Origin: an archaeon
Lineage (GTDB): Archaea > Iainarchaeota > Iainarchaeia > Iainarchaeales > JAAZKV01
Direction of reading: 5' to 3'
Assembly (NCBI GenBank): GCA_041661245.1
Contig: JBAZUY010000001.1
Span: forward strand, 156,355-220,354
DNA: 64,000 bases
Shown: positions 38,180-48,878 of the stretch, one piece after another
How the letters are laid out: every line of letters begins with the position of its first letter
How positions within the stretch are numbered: the stretch's first letter is position 1
Position numbers and translations under genes: made by a program
Notes under the pieces: generated by a model
Database searches by the model: none
Seen by the model: the letters and a program-made list of their open reading frames with translations, nothing else
Told to the model about the DNA's origin: nothing

Positions 38180-38314
38180 ACCAAAACCACAAAACAGTGA
38201 CTTACTCGATTAGAAAGTACTTAATGCAATAGTTAATAAATAATTGGAGAGGAGTTTGCCGGAACAAAAATAGTAAGCAAAAAGAATTTAATACTCCCAA
38301 AGCATTAGATTAGT

Positions 38315-39292
38315 ATGTTTAAACCTAAACGAGCATCTATTCCAAGACTACTTTCAAGACAAATTACTGCTGGAAACAAGTTAGGCACAACAGGAGTTAA
38401 AGCTGGCACCGCCATTTGGGCAGGGGGAAGCGCTCTACTTTTGCAGCAAGCACACACTGCAAGTCAAAGTAACTTGCTCCCAGGAATTGGATTAATTGGA
38501 GCAATGGGCGGACGCGCACTAATGAAAGCATCAAGCAAAATGGAAACCGAGTTAAAAGAAAAAAACCTGCTTAAATTAATTGGAAAAAGAAGACTGGCGT
38601 TTGAAGTATCTCAAAAAACTAACGACCCACAAATGAGGTTATTCACCCTCCTAATAGCAAGCGCAAAAACACAATCAGAAAGAGAAATTCTAAAAAGAAT
38701 TATTTCTGGCGAAAGAACAACAGCCCTGGCCCCCGAATTAACAATCCTTGCAAGAAGAGTAATTAAACTAGAAAACTCACAACTAACAAAAGGATTCCAC
38801 AAAGAAATCAGATCAATACGCGGGATACCCCTAAAAAAACTTGATTTCCTAGCAAAAAAAATAATAGCTGAACTACAAGGAAATAAATTTAAAACACAAC
38901 AGGACTTCCAACAAAGAGTTCAAGAATACATTAACCCCTATGCACTATCGACCACAATGGATCGATTTGAAATAACAAATCCTTCATTTGGAAAATCATT
39001 TTTAAAACTCCAAAAAGCCCAATTTATCCGAACTATTCAACGAACAACAATAGCTAATCAGCGTACATTAAACGAATTGGCCCAAGACCCAATTTTACGC
39101 CAAATCAAAGAAGATATAACTCAATTAACGATAGACCAATTAGGTTCAGAAAAAAGAGCAAAGGAATTTTTAGATCACCATTCAAAGGTAACAACTCAAC
39201 TTGTAAGATACATTGAAGAAGAAGTCCATGTTGCAACACGTGTAGAAACAGCCAAAAGAATAATATTGGATCTGCGTTTATTAAAACTATAA
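38315..39292 (+). CDS. Hypothetical basic helical protein
   Basis: 325 aa. Gly-rich N-terminal segment; no motif. Confidence 0.45.
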   Translation: MFKPKRASIPRLLSRQITAGNKLGTTGVKAGTAIWAGGSALLLQQAHTASQSNLLPGIGLIGAMGGRALMKASSKMETELKEKNLLKLIGKRRLAFEVSQKTNDPQMRLFTLLIASAKTQSEREILKRIISGERTTALAPELTILARRVIKLENSQLTKGFHKEIRSIRGIPLKKLDFLAKKIIAELQGNKFKTQQDFQQRVQEYINPYALSTTMDRFEITNPSFGKSFLKLQKAQFIRTIQRTTIANQRTLNELAQDPILRQIKEDITQLTIDQLGSEKRAKEFLDHHSKVTTQLVRYIEEEVHVATRVETAKRIILDLRLLKL

Positions 39293-39336
39293 TTAACAAA
39301 ATAGCGGTAGTGAATGTTAAAAATAGTCTAATTTAA

Positions 39337-40305
39337 TTAAGCAGGAGTACTAACTTCCCAAAGAATTTTGTAAACCGCTCGCATAGAAGCAACTACTTCT
39401 TTGTTTTCAATCAAAATTGCCCCTGGCTGTTCCCCGACAGTGAAGAAACCCATTTTGTCCCCATAAATAAAAATAGTTGCTTTGAAAGTTGTAAGATTGA
39501 ATAAATAACGCACATTTCTTTTTCTTTCAGGTTCTGATTTATCATAAATTTTAGGAGTACTTTTTGAAGTAAAAATAACATTATGCCAAAATCCTTTCTC
39601 CACTCTTTTTGCAATAAAGTTTTGGATAAATAACTCTTTGAATAATTGCCCAAAAATATCATAATCAATAACAAAAAAAGTATCCTTTCCAACTACAAGC
39701 ATATCATCCCAAATACTTTTGATTCCCTTCATCCCAACAAAGGTCTTAACATTAAGAGAAGTTTTTGCCCCAATTGCAAGTTCTGCAAATTCAGGCATTG
39801 CGGCGGCTAAAAGTTTTTTCTTATTCTCAATCATTTGGAGCAAGACTTTTGGTTCAACCGCATGAAACACTTTAATGTTATCTGTTGTAGACTCAGCAAT
39901 TATTCCCCTCGCCATCATTTTATCCAAAATGTCATAAACGCTTTGACGTAAGATGTTTGTTTTCTTTGAAACTTCCGCAGCAGTGGCATGTCCAGTTTTT
40001 AGTAGTATTAAATAAATCTCAGCCTCCTTATTTGACAGACCAAATTCTTCGAGCACTTCCTTTAGTTCCATATTATTATTACTAGGGAGAATGTAATTTA
40101 TATTCTTATGCATGTGTCGCAATATTCCTACGACAATAACATAAGTACCACTTCCAAAGGGAGTTACTTTGGTGAGCACGAATATGAATGTAAAGACCAC
40201 AGTAATAGGAGTAATAGCATTAGTAGTGATATCGCTTCTTTTTTTAGCGATTTCACCAAACGCAACAGGTAACTTTGGAGTAACAGCTAGTAATGAGGAG
40301 AACAT
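39337..40305 (-). CDS. TrmB-family HTH transcriptional regulator (ORF as listed probably has a spurious N-terminal extension)
   Basis: LSNKEAEIYLILLKTGHATAAEVSKKTNILRQSVYDILDKMMARGII. Likely true start MELKEV... near 40068. Confidence 0.65.
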   Translation of the reverse strand: MFSSLLAVTPKLPVAFGEIAKKRSDITTNAITPITVVFTFIFVLTKVTPFGSGTYVIVVGILRHMHKNINYILPSNNNMELKEVLEEFGLSNKEAEIYLILLKTGHATAAEVSKKTNILRQSVYDILDKMMARGIIAESTTDNIKVFHAVEPKVLLQMIENKKKLLAAAMPEFAELAIGAKTSLNVKTFVGMKGIKSIWDDMLVVGKDTFFVIDYDIFGQLFKELFIQNFIAKRVEKGFWHNVIFTSKSTPKIYDKSEPERKRNVRYLFNLTTFKATIFIYGDKMGFFTVGEQPGAILIENKEVVASMRAVYKILWEVSTPA

Positions 40306-41254
40306 TAAGATTGGAGCAGTACTTGCTCTTAGTGGACCATCAACAATTTGGGGAGAAAGTGTTCGTAATGGAATGGAACTAGCCCTACTTGACCACCCAA
40401 ACCTGACTGTAGACTATGAAGATAGTAAAGGAACAGCGGCGGATGGAATAAGCGCATATCAAAAATTAAAACTTGAAGAACCAGACATATACGTGAGTGC
40501 ATTAAGTATAGTAAGTGTTCCACTTTCAACACTTGCAAAAGAAGATAAGAAAGTAATGATAATCACTCAAAGTGCAGCAAACAATATCACAAACGAATAC
40601 GCATTTAGATATTATACGGATGCAAATCATTTCGCAACACCATCATTTGAATCAGAAAACACTCCTCTTATGAATGTTAAGAAGATAGCAGTAGTATTTA
40701 GAAATGACGAATATGCAAAATCAGTTGCAGCAAAAATAAAAGAACTAAGCACAGAACAAGGAAAAGAAATTGTTTTCATGGAATCCTACACTCCTAACGA
40801 AACAGATTTCTCAACAATACTTGCTAAAGCAAAAGCAACAAACCCCGAAGCATTATTGTTTGTACCAACTCCTCCAAGCGAATCGTTAGCAATTTTAAAG
40901 AAAGTTAACGAAATGGATTTCAATATACCAATAGTAGAAGTATCAAACGTTCAATCAGACCCAGAGACACAAGCAAAAGCACCAAAAATGACTTTCTATA
41001 CAAACGAATTTGCTTTCTCAATCCCTGGAAACAATGAAGAGTTCAAAACAAAATATAAAGCAAAATTTGGGAAAGAACCAAACTTTGTTGCAGCATTTGG
41101 GTACGATATAATCAACTTGATTGCAAGTTGCCCAAAAGATAAAATGAAAGAATGCTTAGAAAACAAAAACGAAGTAAGCGGAGTAACTGGTGTCGCAAAA
41201 GATATTACAAACAACGACATAGTGCTCCCAATGTTTTTGGAAAGAGTGAACTAG
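40169..41254 (+). CDS. LivJ/LivK-type substrate-binding protein, orphan
   Basis: Signal/TM N-terminus; IGAVLALSGPSTIWGESVRNGMELALLD. True start likely MNVKTT at about 40184. Confidence 0.7.
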   Translation: MVSTNMNVKTTVIGVIALVVISLLFLAISPNATGNFGVTASNEENIKIGAVLALSGPSTIWGESVRNGMELALLDHPNLTVDYEDSKGTAADGISAYQKLKLEEPDIYVSALSIVSVPLSTLAKEDKKVMIITQSAANNITNEYAFRYYTDANHFATPSFESENTPLMNVKKIAVVFRNDEYAKSVAAKIKELSTEQGKEIVFMESYTPNETDFSTILAKAKATNPEALLFVPTPPSESLAILKKVNEMDFNIPIVEVSNVQSDPETQAKAPKMTFYTNEFAFSIPGNNEEFKTKYKAKFGKEPNFVAAFGYDIINLIASCPKDKMKECLENKNEVSGVTGVAKDITNNDIVLPMFLERVN

Positions 41255-41268
41255 AAACTAATTAATTA

Positions 41269-41306
41269 AGTACTATCGCTAATGCGATAGTACTATTTTT
41301 TTATTT
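41269..41306 (+). terminator. Hairpin AGTACTATCGCtaatGCGATAGTACT plus T-run
   Basis: 11-bp perfect stem followed by ATTTTTTTATTT, immediately after the SBP gene and convergent with the ATPase gene. Confidence 0.5.
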
Positions 41307-41337
41307 AACCAAAATGCACAAAGATAGTTACTTGGAT

Positions 41338-44082
41338 TTATCCAGCGTACTGTAGACTGTTAGATTGGATGATTTTCTTTCTTTTAATTTCCAATATTCC
41401 TTGAATAGATTTCTTTGCCTCAAAAAATAGTGGCAACAATAGTGAAACACCAACAACAACCAACCAATCAGTGGAATTTAACGGAGTTGTACCCATTACT
41501 TCATTCATAAATGGTATGTGAACAACAATTATTAGTAAAAGCAAAGAAATTATCCCAGACACAAGCAAAGGCTTGTTTGATAATATTCCCGTATAAAGAA
41601 GGGGCTTTTTTGACCGAGCATTAAATGCAGAGAATATTTGGAATAAAACTATTACTGAAAACGCCATTGTTCTTGCATGAACTAAATCCTTTGAAAAATA
41701 CATTAAATCAACAAAAAATACAATTATTGTCCAAAATGCAATTATTGTGGATGTCCAAATAATAAAACTCATTACTTCTGTTGAAAGAATTGGCTCTTTA
41801 GGGTTTCTGGGTTTTTCCTTCATTACCGAATCCTCTTCTTTTTCCATGCCCAAAGTTATTACGCAAGCACTATCCGTCACAAGATTAATCCAAAGTATTT
41901 GAATAGGGATTAAGACTAATGGCAATGCTTCAGGCCGGAATAGTACGCTAAATAAAATAAAAAATAAAATTAATACTTCACTTAAATTAGTCCCAATCAA
42001 ATACGAAATAACTTTTTTGATATTGTTATAAGATATTCTTCCTTCTTTTACTGCCACTGCAATTGTGGAAAAGTTATCATCCTTTAGTATTAAATCACTT
42101 GATTCTTTTGTTACCTCTGTTCCGCTTTTTCCCATAGCAATTCCCACATCTGCTTTTTTTATTGCTAAAGCATCGTTGATTCCGTCCCCAGTCATGGCAA
42201 CAACATGCCCCTTTTTTTGCAATGCTTCAACGATTCGCATTTTGTGCATTGAAGAAGTTCGGGCAAAAATAGTGGCATGGTCAAGTGCAATAGAAAGTTC
42301 TTTGTCATTCATTTCATCTAGTTGATCCCCAGTAAAAGAAAGCGAATTTTTATCCATTAAACCCAAGTAAGTTGCAATACTTTCAGCAGTTGTTTTATGA
42401 TCCCCAGTAATCATCATTATTCTAATTCCTGCTTCTTTACATTCTTTTATACTCGCTTTCACTTCTTCCCTTGGAGGATCAATCATTCCAACTAAACCCA
42501 AGAAAGTTAAATCCATAATTTCTTTTTGAGAAACCTCTTTCACACTTTTCGTTGCCAAACCAAGAACTCGCATTGCAGAAGAAGCCATTTTTCTATTCTC
42601 TTCAAGGAATTGTTTTCTTATTCCTGCGGTTAATTCCACTTTTTTCCCATTAACAAAAGCATACTTGCATAAAGCCAACAACTTTTCCGGCGCACCTTTC
42701 GCGTGAGCAATAATTTCTTTTCCTTCTTTGTTGAACGTAACCATGTATTTTTTTTCTTGATCAAACTCAAACTCTGCAACCCGAGGAGAAGAATCTTCAA
42801 GTTCATCTTTGATGTACCCTGCTTTTTCAGCCAAAACAAGTAAAGCCGCTTCTGTTGGATCCCCAATTATTGAAGTGTCTCCTTCTTTCTTTTCAAGCGC
42901 GGCATTATTGCATAAAACTGCAGTTTTAAATAAAGAAAGTAAGTGTTTTTCTTTATGCACACTTGTAACTTCTCCCCCAACCAAGAAATTTCCTTGAGTG
43001 GAATAACCATCCCCAGTAACCTCAATAATGTCTTCATTAAAATAAATTTGTTTAACAGTCATTTCATTTTTCGTTAAAGTACCGGTTTTATCTGTACAAA
43101 TAACAGTTACATTTCCCAAAGTTTCAACAGCAGGTAATTTTCTCACAATTGCATTTCTCTTAGCCATACTAGTTACTCCGATAGCAAGTACAACAGTAAC
43201 AACAATAGGCAATCCTTCAGGGATAAATGAAACAGCTTGAGCAATAGAAAGTTTTATTGTTTGAGCCAAAGTTAGATTCAAAAAAAGCTGACCTGCAACT
43301 AGGACTATTATTACTCCCAGTATAACTAATACTCCAATGTTTTTCATAAAAACATCAAGTTTTATTTGCAAAGGCGCAGCCTCATCCTTAGTTTCGGATA
43401 ACATTCCTGCAATTTGCCCGATTTGAGTATTTTGCCCAGTTGCAACAACAATAGCTTTTGCTTTACCCCCAGTAACAATTGTATCCTTAAATAACATATT
43501 TTTCATTGAACCAATAAGAGTTTTTTCTGGCAAAATTTCTACAGTTTTCTTTGAAGGAACACTCTCCCCTGTGAGCATGGATTCATCAATCATCAAATTT
43601 GATTCGTGAATTATTCTTGCATCAGCCGAAACTTTGTCCCCCACTTCAAGAAGAATAACATCTCCCGGAACAACTTCTTTTGCAGGAATAACTAACTGTT
43701 TTCCCCCCCTAATTAATCTTGCACTTGTTGCGGAGAGTTTTTTCATTGCAGCAAGAGCTTTTTCTGCTTTAAACTCTTGAAACGCACCAATAATAGCATT
43801 AACAAGTAAAACAAATCCAATTACTGCCGCATCAACATATTCTCCGGTAAAAATCGAGAACAAAATAGCAACTAATAAGGCGGCAACTAAAATACTTTTG
43901 AATTGCCTGAAAAAAACTTCTACAATAGAAGTTTGTTTTGTTTCTTTGATTTCGTTAGGACCAAATTCAATTAACTTCTTTTCAGCAGACTCAATAGACA
44001 AACCAATTGTTGAACTTGAACCAAGTGATTTTTCAATGCTTACAAGCGGCAAATGATGCCAAGCAGTAACCATTTTTTCCAT
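41338..44082 (-). CDS. P-type cation-transporting ATPase (type II, Ca2+-ATPase-like)
   Basis: CTDKTGTLT phosphorylation site, PEGLP in M4, TGDGINDALAIKKADVGIAMG hinge; 914 aa with about 10 TM helices. Confidence 0.9.
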   Translation of the reverse strand: MEKMVTAWHHLPLVSIEKSLGSSSTIGLSIESAEKKLIEFGPNEIKETKQTSIVEVFFRQFKSILVAALLVAILFSIFTGEYVDAAVIGFVLLVNAIIGAFQEFKAEKALAAMKKLSATSARLIRGGKQLVIPAKEVVPGDVILLEVGDKVSADARIIHESNLMIDESMLTGESVPSKKTVEILPEKTLIGSMKNMLFKDTIVTGGKAKAIVVATGQNTQIGQIAGMLSETKDEAAPLQIKLDVFMKNIGVLVILGVIIVLVAGQLFLNLTLAQTIKLSIAQAVSFIPEGLPIVVTVVLAIGVTSMAKRNAIVRKLPAVETLGNVTVICTDKTGTLTKNEMTVKQIYFNEDIIEVTGDGYSTQGNFLVGGEVTSVHKEKHLLSLFKTAVLCNNAALEKKEGDTSIIGDPTEAALLVLAEKAGYIKDELEDSSPRVAEFEFDQEKKYMVTFNKEGKEIIAHAKGAPEKLLALCKYAFVNGKKVELTAGIRKQFLEENRKMASSAMRVLGLATKSVKEVSQKEIMDLTFLGLVGMIDPPREEVKASIKECKEAGIRIMMITGDHKTTAESIATYLGLMDKNSLSFTGDQLDEMNDKELSIALDHATIFARTSSMHKMRIVEALQKKGHVVAMTGDGINDALAIKKADVGIAMGKSGTEVTKESSDLILKDDNFSTIAVAVKEGRISYNNIKKVISYLIGTNLSEVLILFFILFSVLFRPEALPLVLIPIQILWINLVTDSACVITLGMEKEEDSVMKEKPRNPKEPILSTEVMSFIIWTSTIIAFWTIIVFFVDLMYFSKDLVHARTMAFSVIVLFQIFSAFNARSKKPLLYTGILSNKPLLVSGIISLLLLIIVVHIPFMNEVMGTTPLNSTDWLVVVGVSLLLPLFFEAKKSIQGILEIKRKKIIQSNSLQYAG

Positions 44083-44257
44083 TATAAAACAAGAACTTTA
44101 ATTAATATAAAGACTTGGGTAATTAGATTTTAAAAAACTAACAAACAAAATACACGCAAGAACACTTAATTTTGATTGGGTTTCTTGGACTCAAAGTAAC
44201 TATACTTTATTCTATTGCCCAAACAGAGATATTGAACAAGTACGCAAGGAAAATATT

Positions 44258-44758
44258 TTAGAAAATAATAAACCTTTTTTTACTATTCTTCTTTTTTATA
44301 AAATCCGCATATTCTTTATCAAAAGTAAGCAAATGATGATCTAACCAATCTTCTAAAAAATCAACAACATCCCTAAGCTTTACTTTTCCAACTAAAACTC
44401 CATCATATAACAAGTTCGTTTTTTCGAGCAATTTTAAGTGCTCTATACTGTGTTCTAATATTTTATTATAATTAATGGATTTGAGAAACTTTTCTTCAGT
44501 ATCGAAATGCTTTCTGGCATAAGCTTCAAGTTCTTTAACAATATCATCTGCGCCACTATTAGGATTTTTTTGTTTTAGCAATTCATCAGCACGATCCAAC
44601 AAATCAATAAAATATTTATGCTGCTCGTCAATCTCCTTAACCCCAACAGAGTACTTTTCACTCCAAACAAACCTTCCCATAAATATCGTACCAAAATATA
44701 GAACTTTAAGAATAAGAAGCTTACTTAAGGAACAACTGAGTGAAACTACTCTCTTCAC
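44258..44758 (-). CDS. Hemerythrin-like metal-binding protein
   Basis: W..KYSVGVKEIDEQHK...H...E..F...H pattern of bacteriohemerythrin HHE domains. Confidence 0.6.
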   Translation of the reverse strand: MKRVVSLSCSLSKLLILKVLYFGTIFMGRFVWSEKYSVGVKEIDEQHKYFIDLLDRADELLKQKNPNSGADDIVKELEAYARKHFDTEEKFLKSINYNKILEHSIEHLKLLEKTNLLYDGVLVGKVKLRDVVDFLEDWLDHHLLTFDKEYADFIKKKNSKKRFIIF

Positions 44759-44835
44759 ACTTAGACAAAAAAGTCACCAAAGTTTTTTCTTTGGGATAAC
44801 CTAGCACTTTCTTTTTCGCAAAAAGAAAGGGCCGG

Positions 44836-44919
44836 ACGCAGAGGCCGAGATTCGAACTCAGGTACCCTTTCGGATAACGGGTTAGTAACCCGCCGCATTT
44901 GACCGCTCTGCCACCTCTG
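44836..44919 (-). tRNA. Class II tRNA (Ser-type; discriminator G) with apparent anticodon ACU
   Basis: Reverse complement is GCAGAGG-TG-GCA-GAGCGGTCAAA-TGC-G-GCGGG-TTACTAA-CCCGT-[long variable arm]-CTGAG-TTCGAAT-CTCGG-CCTCTGC-G. The 7-nt loop TTACTAA places ACT at positions 34-36. No CCA encoded. Confidence 0.7.
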
Positions 44920-45108
44920 CTTGAAGACTTTCCGCCCCTTCAGGACCAAGTGAAACTTTTGTTTCACGGGTCAAGCAAAAGCCTTACTTTTGCTTTGACG
45001 TGTGCCCCCTCGCTTCGCTCGGTGACACTGATTTATTACAAATTATGCATTCACAGAGAATTAAAAACTTAACCAAAAACCTAATTCAAAAAAAAAGGTA
45101 GAATTTAT

Positions 45109-45726
45109 TCAAGCAGAACCGACTTTACCAATCCACTCAAGCACATCTTTTGGAACAGTTACTTTAGTCCCGTAAGTTTTTTCAGCCCAATCAATTCCCA
45201 TTAAAGTATGTCTGATATCCTCAATAACTGCCCTTCTAATACCTGGGATTTTATCGTAGGTAGCCCTTTTTTCTCTTGTGCCCGCATGTTCAAGTAGTCT
45301 ACTTAAAAAAAAGTCAGCTACATCCTCTTTTGGAATAAGTCTTATTTGAGGAACTTTAGGATTCACGTGAATTGCTTTTCCCCCACTAAAACGCACATAA
45401 GCATCATTGAATCCACCAGGAGTACTCCCCCTCATTTGTTCTTCCCTAGCAGTCATCATAAAATAAGGAACTAAAGCAGGTTTTGGAGAATAATACTGCG
45501 AATAAGTTGCAGGGTTAATTTTCTCTCTTTTTAGGTTAAGCGCCTTAATTTTTGCTTCCAAGAGTACTCTATTTGTTTGTTCATGCATAAGTGCTGCCCT
45601 GCTTCTAATTGAGTGTCTAATCGAAGAAAACTTACTCTTTATTTTCCCAATCGTTTTACGCATAACTAATATACCCCAAAACAAGAATAAAAATCTGCCC
45701 CCTCTTTCAAAATTGAGGGCTTGCAA
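45109..45726 (-). CDS. Hypothetical protein
   Basis: 205 aa ORF; no motif recognised. Confidence 0.4.
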   Translation of the reverse strand: MQALNFERGGRFLFLFWGILVMRKTIGKIKSKFSSIRHSIRSRAALMHEQTNRVLLEAKIKALNLKREKINPATYSQYYSPKPALVPYFMMTAREEQMRGSTPGGFNDAYVRFSGGKAIHVNPKVPQIRLIPKEDVADFFLSRLLEHAGTREKRATYDKIPGIRRAVIEDIRHTLMGIDWAEKTYGTKVTVPKDVLEWIGKVGSA

Positions 45727-45784
45727 AAATAACCCAAAAAAATACCTTTATTAGAGTGTGTATTAGGTATTATTTTAGATACAC

Positions 45785-46324
45785 ATGGAAGTACTAAAAA
45801 TTAAAGGACATTCGGTAAATTTTATCCCAACAAAGGACAACTTTAACCGAAGAGCATTACAATACAAAAACAGGCTAATTTCAGCCCTAGAAAAACTAGG
45901 AACTGCCCAAGACCAAATAGACTTGGATTTGAATGGATTCTGCGGAAGAGAAGCAAAAGCAAGTGTTACTTGGTACTTTAATGGATTTAGAATGTACTAC
46001 GAATGCTCTACTCAAAAAAAGTACGTGGACAATATTTTTATTATCTCAAAAATAATTGAAAACGAAGTAGAATTAGTTTTATCAGAAACAAAGCCACTAG
46101 AAGAATTTATTGCAGAATTTAGAGAAGATGAAGATGTACACGATGAAAGAAAAGAAGCAAGAGAATTCTTTGGACTTGATGAAAAACACAAAGACATGGA
46201 AGAAATCAACAAAAAATACAAAGAACTCGCTAAATCATTACATCCTGACACTCCCACTGGGGATGTTGAAAAATTTAAGCAATTAAACCACCACCACAAG
46301 ATATTGAAAAGAGAACTTGCTTGA
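45785..46324 (+). CDS. Protein with C-terminal J-domain-like segment
   Basis: C-terminal INKKYKELAKSLHPDTPTGDVEKFKQLNHHHKIL contains the HPD tripeptide in a J-domain-like context. Confidence 0.45.
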   Translation: MEVLKIKGHSVNFIPTKDNFNRRALQYKNRLISALEKLGTAQDQIDLDLNGFCGREAKASVTWYFNGFRMYYECSTQKKYVDNIFIISKIIENEVELVLSETKPLEEFIAEFREDEDVHDERKEAREFFGLDEKHKDMEEINKKYKELAKSLHPDTPTGDVEKFKQLNHHHKILKRELA

Positions 46325-46620
46325 AATAATGCTAATTTTGCACCATCAATCAAATTAATAAAATCAAACAAACCTAATTATTCAAGTGATTATATATGCC
46401 TGGACCAGCTAGAAAACAAAGAACTCCAATATTCCAAAAACCAGTAGGGACTGAATTTTCTACGCTAGGCGAATCAAAAGCTAAAGAAGAACAAAAACAA
46501 AAAATTAACAAAATGCCTCACTTTGTTTCAAAGAAAAAAGTAATACTATTACCAGGACCAGTTGCAGAGAAAAAAGAATAAAACAAAAAGAGTTAAAAAG
46601 AACAAAACTCAACCATTTGT

Positions 46621-47301
46621 ATGCCTAAACTTAGAAATCTTTCTTCAAGAATAATCATCGGTCTTACTGGAAGAAGTGCTGAACAAGTTATTTCCAAAAT
46701 AAAAGAAGCTGATAAACTGGGCATTAAAGAAGCAGGACTATTTTTAGAAATCGTTCCACTAAAAGAAAGGGCAAAAATCTATTCCGCACTAAAAAAATCA
46801 AAAATACAAAAAATACCCCTTGTGCACATTAGAAACGATATGGAAAAATGGGAACTTGATTACTTAGAAAATGAATACCACCCGAAATACTTAACGATAC
46901 ACGAAAACAGTTTTAAGTATTTAACAAAATGGAATGGATATCACAAAAAATTATTCTTAGAAATGAACTTTGATAACGAGATCCCAGGTTTTGTGGATGT
47001 TAACAAGATTGGCGGATTTTGCATTGACTTATCCCACTTTAAATCCGGAGAAGAAAGATGGACAAGCGACTTTGAGTATGTTATAAAAAATATGACCAAG
47101 AAAAGACCCCTTTGCAACCACTTAAATGGATACACTTGGAAGAAAAGAAAAGACATACACCGAGTAAAGAATGTCTCAGAATTTGAATACCTAAAAACCC
47201 TCCCCTCATTTGTGTTCGGAGAAAAAATAGCTCTTGAAATGTTTAACCCAATAAAACAACAACTAGAATACAAAAAACACGTTGTAAATATGCTAAACTA
47301 A
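46621..47301 (+). CDS. Hypothetical protein
   Basis: 226 aa ORF; no motif. Confidence 0.4.
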   Translation: MPKLRNLSSRIIIGLTGRSAEQVISKIKEADKLGIKEAGLFLEIVPLKERAKIYSALKKSKIQKIPLVHIRNDMEKWELDYLENEYHPKYLTIHENSFKYLTKWNGYHKKLFLEMNFDNEIPGFVDVNKIGGFCIDLSHFKSGEERWTSDFEYVIKNMTKKRPLCNHLNGYTWKKRKDIHRVKNVSEFEYLKTLPSFVFGEKIALEMFNPIKQQLEYKKHVVNMLN

Positions 47302-47334
47302 AGTTTAACTTTTCAAATAATTGAAAATAAACAA

Positions 47335-47874
47335 TCAAGGAAGTTTTGCTATTATCGCATTTGCAAGTTGAACTACTTTAGTTTTATTATCCTCATAACT
47401 TACCCCATCATTCACTTTTACCGAAGCAAGAACTCCTTTAGCATAAAATCCTAAAGAAGCTGATTCATCAGAAGTACTTCTTTTCTTAAACCATGCTTTT
47501 TCTCCAACACCCGTAGTTTCTTCCCCGCCCTCATTAATTGCAGCATCAGCTTGAATACTCACCGTGTCAGCAGGATAATCTTTAGAAAGCATCATAAAGA
47601 AAGCAATAATTTTTCCTTTGTCAATATTTTCAATATACGCACAAGACATAGTAGTATCCACATACTTTGATCCATAAGTATCATAGATAACATCCTTTGA
47701 TACTACTCCATTAACCATGCTTAAAGAAAAATATTCACAAGCATCCTCTGCCCAAACCTTTTCCCCTGTAGGAGTAACTGAAATTGATCCCCCAGTCGCA
47801 GTAGTTGATTGAGTACAACCAAAAAGTAATAAAACTGACAAAATTATTCCAATAAAAACAATATTCTTATTCAT
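47335..47874 (-). CDS. Putative lipoprotein
   Basis: Signal peptide with lipobox-like LLLFGC. Confidence 0.5.
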   Translation of the reverse strand: MNKNIVFIGIILSVLLLFGCTQSTTATGGSISVTPTGEKVWAEDACEYFSLSMVNGVVSKDVIYDTYGSKYVDTTMSCAYIENIDKGKIIAFFMMLSKDYPADTVSIQADAAINEGGEETTGVGEKAWFKKRSTSDESASLGFYAKGVLASVKVNDGVSYEDNKTKVVQLANAIIAKLP

Positions 47875-48263
47875 TCATCCACCAATAAAACTAATGTTAT
47901 ACTTGTATTAAATACTATTGTCCTAATCAAGTCAAGAAGCCATAAATACAAATAAACTAATACGTGGAGAAAGTTACTTTCAAAAACCATTCATTGTAAT
48001 CACTGCAACAAAACCAAGTTGGAGACATGCATGAAAGTCAAATAATCATTTGCATAAGTTTAAATTTTTAGGAAACAGTATTTTATTTATGATAAAAAGA
48101 GTTCAAGCAAAAACGAGATAGAAGAAATTATTGCCGAACAAAAAAAACTTGTTGAAAATGGAATGCGAAAAGCAAAAGGAAACTAAAGCGAATTTTTTTC
48201 AGCAACAAATTCATAAAATTAGCTTTTTAATAACAAGGGCAGTATTTCTTTTAGTGTACTTAA

Positions 48264-48878
48264 ATGACTCTTAAAGAACTAGTTGATTTTTTTACAGAAA
48301 CTAATAAACTAAAGTACACAATGCGTTATAGTTCCTGCCCAAAAAAGATTCAGGATTCTTCTGCCGAACACTCCTGGCACTTAACCGTAATGATTCCTCT
48401 AATAGCTGAAGAACTCGGACTAAAAATTAACGTACTCCACGCTGTTGAAATTGCACTTGTCCATGATTTAGCTGAAAAAACATTAAAAGAAGATTTTGAT
48501 TCATTCTTAGTGGCAAGCGGAAAACTAAGCGAAACTGACAAAGACAAAGGAGAACTTGAAGAAATGAATAAACTAAGAAAAAAGTATTCTTTTGGAGAAA
48601 AGATTTATTCCCTTTGGAGAGAATATGAAGATAACAAAACTCCAGAAGCAAAGTTTGTAAAAGCAATGGACAAACTTGAAGCACACGCGCACATAATAGA
48701 AAAAGGAACATACGGCAACAACGAAGCTGGAGCAATACACCAAGTCTACTACGCAGACAAAGCAGTCAAAGACTATCCCGAACTAAAACCATTACTTAGC
48801 GAAATGAAGAAAAAACTTAGGCCAGTACTAGAAAAACAAGGATTGAAATGGAAAAAAGAATACGATTGGCCGCAGTGA
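48264..48878 (+). CDS. HD-domain phosphohydrolase (YfbR-like)
   Basis: H..H (EHSWHL) and HDLAE motifs, later D; 204 aa. Confidence 0.65.
   Translation: MTLKELVDFFTETNKLKYTMRYSSCPKKIQDSSAEHSWHLTVMIPLIAEELGLKINVLHAVEIALVHDLAEKTLKEDFDSFLVASGKLSETDKDKGELEEMNKLRKKYSFGEKIYSLWREYEDNKTPEAKFVKAMDKLEAHAHIIEKGTYGNNEAGAIHQVYYADKAVKDYPELKPLLSEMKKKLRPVLEKQGLKWKKEYDWPQ

Noticed and set aside
44761-44967. 68-aa minus-strand ORF
   Set aside because: It completely overlaps the well-folded class II tRNA (44836-44919), so it is a spurious ORF.
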